The notes: generated by a model not told the origin, from the letters alone. A stretch of 64,000 nucleotides of DNA from Octopus bimaculoides (GCF_001194135.2 NC_068982.1:33462783-33526782), one strand, 5' to 3'. Numbered from the stretch's first letter, positions 1 to 13,324 are shown. Numbers and translations: made by a program.

Positions 1-10
1 ATATATATAC

Positions 11-47
<37 letters not shown>

Positions 48-56
48 CATATATAC

Positions 57-137
<81 letters not shown>

Positions 138-138
138 C

Positions 139-179
<41 letters not shown>

Positions 180-272
180 CATATATATACATACATACAT
201 ATACATACATACATATATATACATACATACATATACATACATATATATACATACATACATATACATACATAC

Positions 273-313
<41 letters not shown>

Positions 314-357
314 CATATACATACATACATATGTATGTATGTATATATATATATATA
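1..357. repeat. Compound (ATAC/ATAT)n microsatellite
   Basis: Near-pure alternation of atac and atat units from the window start to about 357. Confidence 0.95.
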
Positions 358-371
358 AAATAAACATTTAT

Positions 372-545
372 AAGGTGCAGGTATGGCTGTGTGGTAAGAG
401 GTTTGCTTTCAATCCATGCAATTCCAGGCTCAGTCCTACTGCGTGGCACTTTGGGCAAGTGTCTTCTACAACAACCCTGGTTAGACCAAGGTTATAGAAG
501 AAATGAGTGGGTTTGGTAGACAGAAACTGAAAGTTCATTGTATAT
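372..545 (+). mobile_element. tRNA-derived SINE family A, 5' half (runs into (TG)n and a gap)
   Basis: Head tggctgtgtggtaag, then ctttgggcaagtgtcttctac and gtgggtttggtagacagaaactgaaag, matching the full copy at 5144. Confidence 0.85.
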
Positions 546-562
546 ACGTATGTATACATGTG

Positions 563-622
<60 letters not shown>

Positions 623-1939
623 NNNNNNNNNNNNNNNNNNNNNNNNNNNNNNNNNNNNNNNNNNNNNNNNNNNNNNNNNNNNNNNNNNNNNNNNNNNNNN
701 NNNNNNNNNNNNNNNNNNNNNNNNNNNNNNNNNNNNNNNNNNNNNNNNNNNNNNNNNNNNNNNNNNNNNNNNNNNNNNNNNNNNNNNNNNNNNNNNNNNN
801 NNNNNNNNNNNNNNNNNNNNNNNNNNNNNNNNNNNNNNNNNNNNNNNNNNNNNNNNNNNNNNNNNNNNNNNNNNNNNNNNNNNNNNNNNNNNNNNNNNNN
901 NNNNNNNNNNNNNNNNNNNNNNNNNNNNNNNNNNNNNNNNNNNNNNNNNNNNNNNNNNNNNNNNNNNNNNNNNNNNNNNNNNNNNNNNNNNNNNNNNNNN
1001 NNNNNNNNNNNNNNNNNNNNNNNNNNNNNNNNNNNNNNNNNNNNNNNNNNNNNNNNNNNNNNNNNNNNNNNNNNNNNNNNNNNNNNNNNNNNNNNNNNNN
1101 NNNNNNNNNNNNNNNNNNNNNNNNNNNNNNNNNNNNNNNNNNNNNNNATATATATATATATATATATATAAAATACATGCACACATACATAAATATATAC
1201 AAATATATATACTTACATAAATATAACATATACACATATACATACACAAATAATATATAAATACATACACATATACAGAATATAGAGAAACACCTGTAAG
1301 ATAATGTAATTAAATAATCTAAGTACCAATAGTCTAAACACTCAAGTTTTGTATTCTCTATCTGTACTCAATGATCTTCCTAACTATAGGAACCAGTGAG
1401 AAGATACTTGAACTATAATACACGAGTTTTCTTAGTAGATTTCTTTCTTCCGATATATAAGGATTCACTGGTTATATCTCATGTTCTGTTATGGTAGGAT
1501 CAACAAAAATGTACTCCATCCAGTGAGAGATAAATATCATTTAAAGTACATATTTAAAGATAAATATTATTTAAAGTGTTTAAAATAAAGAGTTCCTGAT
1601 AGTTTCTTGCCATGAAGACACAAGGCATATTATATAAATCTGCCTAATGGCAGTGTCTCTATAGCAAGAAACTGTCAGTATCTCTTACTTTAAATGATGC
1701 ATGCATTAAATGATATTAATGACTTATAGGGACGTGGTATTTCATTACACAACCATAATATGCTATAACATATATTAAACGATTTTTTTATAAATCAACA
1801 GTATGTTCTACTGTGTTAGCAGTGTGTTTTACATCACTTGTTAAGGTTATCTCTACAGATATTCTGTAGAAATTATAACCAGCACTGACTTCTTTTATGA
1901 TGTTTCATATCCACAACATCAGATGTCAATGAACAATGA

Positions 1940-2255
1940 TATATATATATACACACACATACATATATATATATTCATATATACAAGATGCATGTATGTA
2001 GTGCATACATAGACATACACACACACACACCCACACACACACACACACATATATATATATACACACACACACACACATATATACACACACACACACACAT
2101 ATATACACACACACACACACATATATACACACACACACACATATACATATATATATATATACACATACATACACATATATACACACACATATACATATAC
2201 ACACACATATACATATATACACACATATATACACATACACACACACACACACACA
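1940..2255. repeat. Compound (AT)/(AC) microsatellite
   Basis: Visible directly; it produces the spurious HTHT/CVCV ORFs. Confidence 0.95.
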
Positions 2256-2534
2256 ATTTTACCTCTTGGTTACTGGGCTTTCATTAATATCTGTTAAAGT
2301 TATATAGAAATATGCTAACACTGAGTCAACAACTGTTCTCCGTATGGATTTCATCTGTGTGAATTATTCTCACAGCAATCCTATTTTTCTACATCAGCCT
2401 CTAAACAACCTTGTGTATAAACTTTATGATTTTGCAAGTACTGTAATGATTATGCTATGCTTATGAGTTCATAATAAGTTCGAAAGATGCCCAGCATTAT
2501 CTCCCATGCTTAATGGAATTCATTTTTTCTGCTA

Positions 2535-2742
2535 CAGAAACAAAGCTTAAAATTTCGAAGGGAGTGGGTGCTAACCAATTAAATTAATCCCAGTGTTCCA
2601 CTTCTACTTATTTTATCAAAGCAAAAAGGATAGAAGGCAAAGTTGGCCTCGCCAGAATTTGAACTCAGGAAAAAAAACTCGAAGAACTGCCACTAAACAT
2701 TATGTCTGGCATGCTAACAATTTTTCCAGCTCACTGCCTTCC
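2535..2742 (-). mobile_element. SINE family B copy
   Basis: Reverse complement of the gagctggcagaatcgttagca...gagttcaaattc...ttgcctttcatcc consensus seen at 62980-63190. Confidence 0.75.
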
Positions 2743-2829
2743 ATGCTTACTGACATAATATAAAACAATATTATAAAATGACTAATATTGCAGTTTTGCA
2801 TCACTGCATACTTATTTCAAATTTGCCTT

Positions 2830-3220
2830 TTAATTTTTTTTGTTACCATACCTCTTTTAAAATACACTACCTTTGTTTTAATTAAGTTTGAAAATTATGA
2901 AGAATCTAATAAAATAACATGGTTATCATTAAGCTGGTGTTTGCAACATAACATGGAATTTTCATGAACGGTTTTAATTTAGATCACCTTCAAACAGTAA
3001 GTTTATATCATAGAACCAGGGTGTATTAGTATGAGAAAGGTTAATGTTTTCATCATTAAATATATTAGCTTTAACCTTTTCATTATCATATTTATGTTGA
3101 AATATACTGCCTTTGCTTCAATTAATTTGGAAAATAATAAAGAATTTAGTAAAATAACTGTTATTATTAAGCTGGTATCTAGAACATAAATTAACATGAA
3201 ATTTTAATGGAAGGTTTTAG
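2830..3220 (+). mobile_element. Two adjacent copies of a TTAA-type MITE (family 2); related pieces at about 24330-24400 and 40240-40425
   Basis: 2830-3044 and 3070-3220 share ...aattaa(g/t)ttg(g)aaaat...taaaataac...attaagctggt...aacataa; ends resemble ttaacc(c)ttt and aaggttaa. Confidence 0.6.
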
Positions 3221-3249
3221 TCACTTGTATCATTAATCAGGAAATCATA

Positions 3250-4885
3250 ATCCCCAGTGACTGGTGTAGCAGCATCATAGTCAGCTGCTTCAAGGGTAAC
3301 AAAGAGACCTTAGAATAGAAGTAATTATAGAGACATCAAATTGCTGGACCAGGTGAAAGTTACTGAGCAAGTTGTAGCCCAATTAATTAGGAACAGAATT
3401 AGATTGGATGAAACGCAGTTTGGCTTTGTGCCAGGGAGAAGCACTACTGATGCTATTTTCATAGTCAGATAACTGTAAGAGAAGTATTTAGCTAAGAATA
3501 AGCTGTTGTAATTGGTATTTGTTGATCTGGAGAAAGCCTTCAAAATAGTATCTTGCTGTGTGATATGTTGGTCTCTGAGGAAGCTAGAAGAAGACAAATG
3601 GCTCATGAAAGCAGTACAGGCCATGCACACACAGGCATGCTGTTAGTAAGTCAGGTGTTAAGGACATCTCAACAGATTTTCCACATTAATTATAGCCAGC
3701 ACTGACTTTTGTTAGGACGTTTCATATCTGAGACACCAGATGTAAACAAGCAATAAGATCAAAGAGGTTAGTAAGTTAAGAGTCAACTATGGGTACAGTG
3801 AATTTAGTGTACAGGTAGGTGTCCACCAAAGTTCAGTCCTCAGCCTCCTCCTATTCATCATCATCATCCAGGCCATAACAGAGAAATTTAAGACCAGTTG
3901 CCCCTGGGAACTACTCTATGCTGATGATTTTGCATTGCAGAATCTGTAAAAGAACTAGAAAAGAAATTCCAGATGTGGAAACAAAACCTGGAATTGAAGG
4001 ACCTTAAAGTTAACTTAGCAAAGACAAAGGTCCTAGTAAACGAGAAATCACACAGGATCCTACCCACTTCAGGTAAATGGTCTTGCTCAATAAGTAGGAA
4101 AGGTGTAGGCAGGAATTCCATTCAGTGTACTCAGAGCAAGCGATGGGCACACAAGAAGTGCAATGGAATAATAGGAAGGTTAACAGAAGAAGTAGTGTTT
4201 GTATGTGGAAGATGTATAGTAGTCATAAAGTCTACAGATATATGGGAAACCTGGAAGCTACCTAGCTAACCTAATTAGCAGCAGAGGAGGACATACAGAA
4301 AGTGTAATTGCTAGAATAAGAATAGGATGGATGAAGTGCAGAGAGCTTTTACTTCAGTTGGCAACTAAAGGTCTCTCTCTCTCTCTCTCCAAAAGAAAGG
4401 AAGATTGTATGATGCTTGTGTACAACCAGCAATGCTACATGGTAGTAAGACATAGCTCTGAATGCAGAGGACATGTGAAGACAAGAGAGGGATGAAGCTG
4501 GTATGTTCCACATGTCAGTGTACATGTGTTACAGAGTGCTAGAGTATTGAGAAAAAAAAGTTAAGCAAAACAGAAATTAGATGTAGTGTTTAAGAGAGAA
4601 GACTGCATTGGTTTGGTTATGTAGAAGAGGGAGACCCAGAAAGGCAGAACGAAGTACTGAAGCCCAATCTCAAGACACTGAGGCTTACAAAGGAGTTGAC
4701 AAATGATTAAGGTATCTGGTGCCTTGCTGTACTCAAAAAGACCCATACACCACAGCAGAATTGATGTCCTAAAACCACCTTGGTAATGCTTGCTAGTGAG
4801 GGTCTCCGGATGCAGGAAATTTGTCTGAAGAAGTTCTGTTTGACCCATGCAAGCATGGAGAAGTTAAATGATGATGATGATGATA
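3250..4885 (+). pseudogene. Decayed RTE-clade non-LTR retrotransposon ORF2 (reverse transcriptase to 3' tail)
   Basis: Translated motifs with stops and frameshifts: NYRDIKLL, QFGFVPGRSTTDAIF, FVDLEKAF, GVHQSSVLSLLLF, ELLYADD, KVNLAKTK; ends in a cccatgcaagcatgg...(GAT)n tail. Confidence 0.93.
3652..3766. mobile_element. 115-bp insertion inside the RT, flanked by a 10-bp direct repeat
   Basis: GTTAGTAAGT at 3642-3651 and 3767-3776; removing the insert restores the RT peptide (..AVSK-LRVN..); the insert is homologous to 1839-1938. Confidence 0.7.
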
Positions 4886-4913
4886 TAGCTAAATAGATAC
4901 TGATATAAATACT

Positions 4914-5140
4914 TTCATCCTTTAACATCTAAACCAGCCATATCTGGCCCAAATATTCTTCTTGTTTTATATTCAAACTAGCCAGATCTGGCTTCTCACA
5001 CCTATGTTACAATGTCATCCAAACGATAAACAGTCACATCATCAAAATCTCAAAGTTGCAATATAAAGTATGATCAACTTAAAGCAATACATATGAACAA
5101 GTATTAATTTGATAGAAAAATTTGAATACTAAAAGGTTAC
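4914..5140 (+). mobile_element. TTAA/CCCT-type (piggyBac-like) MITE family 1
   Basis: Same body (ggcccaaatattct...ctctcacacct...atctcaaag) as 19540, 32286, 33770 and 35281; decayed ttaaccctttagcatt...aatgctaaagggttaa termini. Confidence 0.7.
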
Positions 5141-5143
5141 TAC

Positions 5144-5308
5144 GGCGTAGGAATGGCTGTGTGGTAAGTAGCTTGCTTACCAACCACATGGTTCTGAGTT
5201 CAGTCACACTGCATGGCACCTTGGGCAAGTATCTTCTACTACAGCCTCAGGCCGACCAAAGCCTTGTGAGTGGGTTTGGTAGACAGAAACTGAAAGAAGC
5301 CCGTCGTA

Positions 5309-5401
<93 letters not shown>

Positions 5402-5608
5402 ATATGTTTGTATGTTTGTGCCCCCCCCCCAACATCGCTTGACAACCGATGGTGGTGCGTTTACGTCCCTGTAACTTAGCGGTTTGGCAAAGGTGACCGA
5501 TAGAATAAGTACTAGGCTTACAAAGAATAAGTCCTGGGGTCGATTTGCTCGACTAAAGGCAGTGCTCCAGCATGACCACAGTCAAATGACTGAAACAAGT
5601 AAAAGAGT
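5144..5608 (+). mobile_element. Full-length tRNA-derived SINE family A with internal (TA)n/(TG)n
   Basis: A-box-like TGGCTGTGTGG at 5154-5164, B-box-like GAGTTCAGTC at 5196-5205, central ccttgggcaagt.., tail cagtcaaatgactgaaacaagtaaaaga; many homologues in the window. Confidence 0.92.
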
Positions 5609-6148
5609 ACATAAGCATGTGTCTTGACATGCATACATACATTACATACATTTCATTCATTCATACATACATGCATGCATGCATACAAACAAACAGAAGT
5701 ACATACATATATGATTATGAAATGAACTCAAAGATAAGATACTCGTGTATCTCAGGCAACATAGCTGTGGTCTAGTACAGAGAAATAACAGGGTAACACC
5801 ATTAGTAGGATGGTGAGAGGGGGTGCTATATACTAAGAGAAGTTAAGCTAAGTTATGAGGAATGAAGCACAGTGGGAACGAACAGGTAGAAGTTAGCAAT
5901 TATTGATGGAGAAATCAACAGCAAAGAATGAAAGATGACAGAATTGAAGAATGAAGAAAGAAAACGATGGAAAATGTAGAAAAATGATAAAATGAAAAGA
6001 TGATGTGAAAATGAGATAGTGCGATAGATTTTAATAGATTACATGAACAGTGAGGAGGCCCTCGGAACTCCTCATTTGAAGATCCCAGAAAGGTCTTTTT
6101 TTTTCTTTTCTTTCAAATTTTACAAAAGTTCATAAGGTCCAATAGCTT

Positions 6149-6253
<105 letters not shown>

Positions 6254-6679
6254 CCAAAACCAAATTATTTAGTCACATCTTAGCAGTTTCATTAATGCTT
6301 ATTATAAAAAAAAAAGATTGTAGTTACAATTTAAATAAGCAACTATAATGCTTACTGAAAAGAATTAACTATTTATCAACAGAACTTCTGACAGCGAAAC
6401 AAAGGTCAACCCATCTATCACAAGTTATTATTCTTGGAATGTCAGCTGATCAACTTTCATCTGATTCTGATTCCAATAGCAACAACTGTTACTCTCTCAT
6501 GAATATAGTGAAATTATTACATCTTCATACACACACATACATAGAAGTAAATACATATAAGTATATATACATATGTTTGTTTATGTACACACACACACAC
6601 ACACACAGAAAGTAAAAGACAGTGAAATATAAATGCATTATGGATATAAGCTTTATACATGAGTATATTTTATATTGAA

Positions 6680-7072
6680 CTTGTTTTAGTCATTGGACTG
6701 CAGTCATGCTGGGACACCACATTCAAGGGCTTAGTTGAAGAAATTGACCCCAGTACTATAGGTCTTTTTTACCTAACCACTAGGTCACAGGGATGTAAAC
6801 AAACCAACACCAGCTGTCAAGCAGTAGTGGGTAACAAATATAACACACACACACACAACCTTTATTCTTTTACTTGTTTCAGTCACTTGACTGTGGCTAT
6901 GCTGGAACATTATCTTTAGCCAAACAAATCGACCCCAGGACTTATTCTTTGTAAGCCTAGTACTTATTCTATCGGTCTCTTTTCTTGAACTGCTAAGTTA
7001 CAGGGACATAAACACACCAACATTGGTTGTCAAGTGATGGCGGGGGAGACAAACACAAAAACATATACATAC

Positions 7073-7141
<69 letters not shown>

Positions 7142-7430
7142 TATATAGTGGGCTTCTTTTAGTTTCTGTCTATCAAATCCACTCACAAGGCTATAGTAGA
7201 TGACACTTGCGCAAGGTGCCATGCAGTGGGACTGAACCAAGAACCATGTGGTTGGGAAGCAAGTTTCTTATCACACAACATACTTCTTTCAGTTTTCATC
7301 AACCAAATCCACTCACAAAGCTTTTGTCTATAGTAGTAGAAGCTTGCCTCCAAAGGTACCATGCAATGGGGCTGAACCCAGAAGCTTGTGGTTGAGACAA
7401 GCTTTTTACTACACAGCTACACCTGTGCAT
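6680..7430 (-). mobile_element. SINE A cluster: tail fragment, near-full copy and duplicated head
   Basis: ttttacttgtttcagtca...gggactgaaccaagaaccatgtggttgggaagcaag is the reverse complement of the 5144 element; head repeated at about 7285-7430. Confidence 0.85.
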
Positions 7431-7886
7431 AACTTATAATAAAGTGTGCCAATGTCTTCTTCTACCTAATTGATATCTTACTCTAGGGAACATAATTCTA
7501 TTCCCGCCTGGATTGAACAAATCCTTAAGGTAACATAAATTAACTTTTAAGTTGCTCATACCTAATGAAGCCTACTAAGAAAGCATCACCTAAAAATAAC
7601 TTCTTGTTTGTCCATAAATAAAGGCACGTTGTAGAAAAGCACTTCCCGCACATCTTTTTAACAGCATCCAATTGTAAAAATAAACACTTTTCACTGAGAT
7701 GAGGATTTTATGGTTATTTGTTACTCATCACTAAGTGTGTTGGTGGGGCAAGGTGTCTTTTTTATGGTAGGTTCTTTATATTCTGTATGAATGGGAAAGC
7801 ATTATTCATTGCTCTATACATCAGATGGAGTCATCAAACATGGCATGCGTGCTAGTATTTTAATTTATATGGAATATATGTATGTA

Positions 7887-7935
<49 letters not shown>

Positions 7936-7947
<12 letters not shown>

Positions 7948-8060
7948 TTAGGGAAAATAACCAATTTTCAAGAACTCATCGATGAAAATCCACTATGTGA
8001 TAGTGGATTTTCATCGATGAGTTCTTGAAAATTGGTTATTTTCCCTAAAACTATATATAT
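7936..8060. repeat. Perfect palindrome: 61-bp arms (52 bp non-microsatellite) with a 3-nt loop GTG
   Basis: 7936-7996 is the exact reverse complement of 8000-8060, checked base by base. Confidence 0.95.
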
Positions 8061-8312
8061 TTTATATATACTTTATCTATAAGGCTCAAATTAATTTTAA
8101 TTTTTTATAAATTGATTTTAATTGAGTTTTTTACCTGTAATTTTGGATTTTGTCCCTAATAATATTATTATATATATATATATATATATATACTGGGGGG
8201 TGAAGATGAGAGAGAAAAAAAAAACAATCTATCTTCATTCTTCAACTTAGCACTGGAGATCCGTAACAAGTTTGTGTTTCTGTTGAAAAGGGAGTAGTGG
8301 TACTTCGGAATT

Positions 8313-8352
<40 letters not shown>

Positions 8353-8428
8353 GTAAACAATACATTAAATAGAGAGATTCAATTGACAATCAGATAATTC
8401 ATTTATTTCCTTATTTTGTTACTTTATA

Positions 8429-8730
8429 TACATGGTTTGATCAATAAGTATCCGGACTGCTACCATAGTAATGAAACTAAAGCATGCAGAGTGAAGCCAG
8501 TTGGCACAGATTGACCTTGAACTCTACTGTGCATACACAATAAGCTTTAACGTTCTAGCTCACTTCTGCTGTTTACAGCAGTGCTTGGAAGGAAGGTGTG
8601 TAGTTTGTGATCACTGCATTGACCTGACAGAGAAAGTTGAGCAGAGAATCTGCATCGAATTTTGCCAAAAGCTTGGCAATACCTGCTCAGAGGCTGAAGC
8701 AAAGTTTTCAAAAAGCTTTCATTGTTCTTG
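8429..8730 (+). mobile_element. Mariner-family transposon 5' fragment (TIR plus transposase N-terminus)
   Basis: TA-catggtttgatcaataagtatccggact resembles a mariner TIR; the peptide TEKVEQRICIEFCQKLGNTCSEA matches the mariner N-terminal EQRxxIxF motif. Confidence 0.75.
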
Positions 8731-10734
8731 ACACAATCAAGGAGACCTTATGCAACTGAAACCCAAGTGCCTTCTGGGTCAGCTGAAAGCAGTTTTGTCA
8801 CAAACTTAGCAGACACATGTCTCATACCTGTTAGTAATAATGGACTGAACCGGACCATAGCTAATCTATTCATCCTCTGATAACTCACGGCTGTTAAACA
8901 TCATCATCACCATCACCATCATCATCATTATTATTATTATTATTATTATTATATCAAGTCTACCAGAGAAAGGAGTGACAGTGTTTATGACCTACAAAAG
9001 CCCTCTGATATGACTGATACCTTGAGACTGATGTGATTTATACCCTGTCTGAATATTTTGCATGTTGATGTCAGCAAGAAAAAACAACAAGAACGAAACT
9101 GGAATTATAGCTTGAATGCTACATCAGAGTGAGCTCCACTAAAGGTACTTAAAGACCAGGTGGAATTAACAGGTGATATATTAGGCCTATTATCCTTACA
9201 ATACCCTTCTTAATAGTAAAATAGAAATAATTTCATTTTTAGCTAAGTTGTGTAAAGCAAATAAGGTAGTTTAATATAAATTGTCCAAGGGACACATAGT
9301 TTAACATCTTATTATAAAGATGCTTAGCTCTGAATCCAACATTTGAATAACATAATAGATATCTCAATAATGCAATAGATATTAATTAATTTAGTGAATT
9401 ATCAATTTTATTTTAATAATTAGTCAGTTTTGCAGGTCCTAGAAAATCATCACCAACCAACAAAATTTGGACATCGCAATAACTATTTGTCAGAATCGTT
9501 ATTTGAATGTCCCAATACTGAACGCTGACATGAGTTGCACATTTAATAAAAGTTTTCCAGTTCTCTAAATACCAAACAATACAATATCTTTCACACCTCA
9601 CATGGCAGACAAAGGTTTTGTTAGTCATATCATCAACAAAACCAGCTGTCCTTTCAACATTCTTGCTATGACTCTCAAGTTTAGTACGTTTGTTCTGGCC
9701 TTCAGTTCAACCCTCTTTAAGGGCATGTGTCCTTTAATAAAGACATATGGAAGTCAAATGACTTCTTTTCATCCTACTTTCACCTCAAAATACATTAATT
9801 TATTTAGCTCAGCAATTATCATCATCCAGTTGTGGTTCATGCCACCTTTATCATCTTTCAGGTGATGGAGATAATTATCAACTACAACTTCATCATGCCC
9901 CTCTAGTTGTTCTTAAGAAAAAAGAAGTATAGAGCTTTCACCAAACGAGATCAATAGAGGAAGTGGGGGTGCTCCCAGCCCCTCAAACCGGACATGTGAC
10001 AGCTCAACACACACAGCATTTCTGTTAGAAAGTTCCTTTATTAGTCAGTGCAGCACATAGCACATTAAATAGAATACTACAATGAATTCACAGTCAATCA
10101 GAAACTCTATAGTCAACACCAAACCATATCAAACTCACCTACACTAAATCGACTTTACTACACTAGCCTGCACCATACTGTACAATAACAAACCCTATTC
10201 TGCATAATATAATGAGCTAAGATTTATTTTTCACATGTATTGACTAACTGTCAACCAGCACTTGGACGTAACCTAGATATTAAACTTTTGTTTTATTCCT
10301 TTATTTATTTTTTGCAATAACACCCACATTTATAAGTGTTTTTGTTGTAATACTGGACAGTATACAATCAAACAATATATGACTGGTCATTCTCAAAAGA
10401 ATATTGCTCGGCTGGACATTGTTGAACTTTTACTGAATCAGATATTAGAAATCTAATTATATTGATATACAATATTGAAAATTAATAGTATATTGATAAA
10501 TGGAGAAATGTATGTTGTGATCATACATATCTGTACAAACATATTAGATCATTAAAGATGTTTAACACACACATTCTCTCTCACACTCTCACTCACTGTA
10601 CAAGTATGCACACATATCTAAATACTTATATATAAGCATATAAACAAGTATACATACAGCATACAGGCACATAACTTCTCAACCTGATCAGTATGTATTT
10701 TATTTAATGCATAGAAATAAAGTGGACTAGTTAT

Positions 10735-10935
10735 TCTATTATTCTTGTTTCAGTCATTTGACTACAGCCATGCAGGAGCACCACCTTTAGTCAAACAAAT
10801 CGATCCCAAGATTAGCTTTTTGTAAGCCTAGTACTTATTCTATTGGTCTCTTTGGCCGAGCTGCTAAGTTACGGGGACATAAAAACACCAATATCGGTTG
10901 TCAAGCATTGCACAGACACACAAACACACACACAT
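10735..10935 (-). mobile_element. SINE A, 3' half
   Basis: cttgtttcagtcatttgactacagccatgcaggagcacc...gctaagttacggggac. Confidence 0.85.
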
Positions 10936-12057
10936 ATATATAATTTGGACAAGCTGATAGTTTTACTGTGATCAGAGCAAAAATCAACCTTTCAACGGTT
11001 TGACCATAGACAGTAAGGAATAAAACATTTTTGTTCTTTTAAGTTAAAAATCATGCATGCTCATGTGGTTATGAAGTCTATTTCACATATTTCAGAAATA
11101 TGTACTTCTGGGTTCTCAGACTGGAGCCTTGGACTGATCAGTGTTTTGCAAGTATAATTTGATACACAGAAACTGTGCAGAAGCGAAGCTATATACACGT
11201 GTGAATGTGTATGGGTGTTAATCTGTGTATTCTTATTTACTACTGCAAACAAGTGTCCTTTTAGGTCAGCTATGTTACTTAGCAAGCCAATAAATAGTAA
11301 CCAATAAGATATATCTTGGCGTTATGACTGACTGACACTAAAACACCTGCAGGTGTGAAGCATGGTCTTATTCTAATGGCTGAAAAGAAACATAAATATA
11401 TATATATATATATATAATTTCAACTATAATCACAAAGCCTGAAATTTTGGGAGAGGGTAGCAACACAATTACATCTCAAAAGAAAGAAAGGTAGCATTGA
11501 CTTTGAAGAAATTTGAGCTCAGAACATTAAGACAAAATGCTGCATTTTGACTAGCATGCTAATGGTTCTTCTAGTTTGCCTTTATATATATATATATATA
11601 TATATNNNNNNNNNNNNNNNNNNNNNNNNNNNNNNNNNNNNNNNNNNNNNNNNNNNNNNNNNNNNNNNNNNNNNNNNNNNNNNNNNNNNNNNNNNNNNNN
11701 NNNNNNNNNNNNNNNNNNNNNNNNNNNNNNNNNNNNNNNNNNNNNNNNNNNNNNNNNNNNNNNNNNNNNNNNNNNNNNNNNNNNNNNNNNNNNNNNNNNN
11801 NNNNNNNNNNNNNNNNNNNNNNNNNNNNNNNNNNNNNNNNNNNNNNNNNNNNNNNNNNNNNNNNNNNNNNNNNNNNNNNNNNNNNNNNNNNNNNNNNNNN
11901 NNNNNNNNNNNNNNNNNNNNNNNNNNNNNNNNNNNNNNNNNNNNNNNNNNNNNNNNNATCCACCCCTAGGGGTCAGCCACACTTAAGTGGCAATATACTA
12001 CACTTTATCGTGCAGTTACTGTTAATACTTCATTTAGAGAATTAACATTGCTTATAT

Positions 12058-12229
12058 ATGGGTGACACGTAAAAGCACCCACTACACTCTCTGAGTGGTT
12101 GGCATTAGGAAGGGCATCCAGCTGTAGAAACTCTTCCAAATTAGACTGGAGCCTGGTGTTGCCATCCGGTTTCACCAGTCCTCAGTCAAATCGTCCAACC
12201 CATGCTAGCAGGGAAAGCGGACGTTAAAC

Positions 12230-12262
<33 letters not shown>
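12058..12262 (+). mobile_element. 5'-truncated RTE 3'UTR copy, low divergence
   Basis: ggtgacacgtaaaagcaccc...aggaagggcatccagctg...cccatgctagcagggaaagcggacgttaaac(GAT)n; same tail as the LINE ends at 4885 and 26050. Confidence 0.85.
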
Positions 12263-12504
12263 ATATATATATATATATATATATAAACTTATGTGTATAT
12301 TTTCAATGTTTACAAATAACATGGTAAAAATATATAAATAGTTAGCAGAGTAGCAAAATTTCACATATGTACAAAAGATGTAACGACCTACTTATAAAGG
12401 TACAAACTCCAGACTTTGGTGAAATGTTTTTATATCACATAGATAAATAAATAAAAGGAGTTAAATGCAGGTGTTATTCAAATCTTTATACTTCTGACGG
12501 TCGA

Positions 12505-12815
12505 ACAAACTGACCCCAGGACTTATTCTTTGTAAGCGTAGTTAGTACTTACTCTATCGGTTGTCAAGTGATGGTGGGGGGGGGACAAACACAGACACAA
12601 ATACATACATACACACGCACGCACACGCACACACACACACACACATATATGTATAACAGGCTTCTTTCAGTTTCTGTCTACCAAATCCACTCATAAGACT
12701 TTGGTTGGCCCGAGCCTATAGTAGCAGACCTGCCCAAGGTGCCATGCAGTGGAACTGAACCCGGTACCATGTGGTTGGGAAGCAAGCTTCTTACCATACA
12801 GCCATGCCTGCACCT
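12505..12815 (-). mobile_element. SINE A copy with internal deletion
   Basis: gaccccaggacttattctttgtaagc...cccaaggtgccatgcagtggaactgaaccc. Confidence 0.85.
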
Positions 12816-12862
12816 ACAAACCCAAGCATTTTTCTCTCTCTCTCTTATACATATATTATTAT

Positions 12863-12910
<48 letters not shown>

Positions 12911-13324
12911 TTATTTATTTATGGAAGAGTTTTAAAATTTACCAATTTAAAGCAAATACATTAAGTAGGGAAAGAAAAAAAAACTCAATACCGAAAGTAG
13001 AGTCTTATTATTTTAATATTGAAGACAACTGCCATTTCCAATATTGATTATTTATTTATTGCAATGTAAAATTTATATAGAACATTTACTTCCTAACAGG
13101 AAAGGATGTAGCACACTTGCTTGAAAGGAAAAAAAAAAATAGACTAGGGACAAAAACCAAGATGAATAAATAATACAACTCTTCTCAAATAGTTTCCCAT
13201 CAGAGCCTTTAAGTAAGAGAAGGTATACGAGTGCATGTGGATGTGTATAGATGCTTAAGCTTGTGTGAATTATATGCAAACACACACATTCTCTCTCTCT
13301 ATTCACAAAGACATATATACTCAG

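Noticed and set aside
368-2287. Long ORFs of [12 protein letters not shown] and X residues, here and throughout the track
   Set aside because: Translations of dinucleotide microsatellites and N gaps, which lack stop codons; not proteins.
5144-5215. tRNA gene
   Set aside because: A/B-box-like motifs only; no cloverleaf, and it continues into a SINE body present in many copies.
8013-8045. TCGATGA-GTTCTT-GAAA in the palindrome arm as a hammerhead
   Set aside because: C3 and U4 are both wrong, and stems I and II do not form.
9413-9900. ORFs in unique-looking sequence (also 31263-31529 and 52235-52536)
   Set aside because: Short, no motifs recognised in any frame and no consistent splice boundaries; possibly very old transposon debris.
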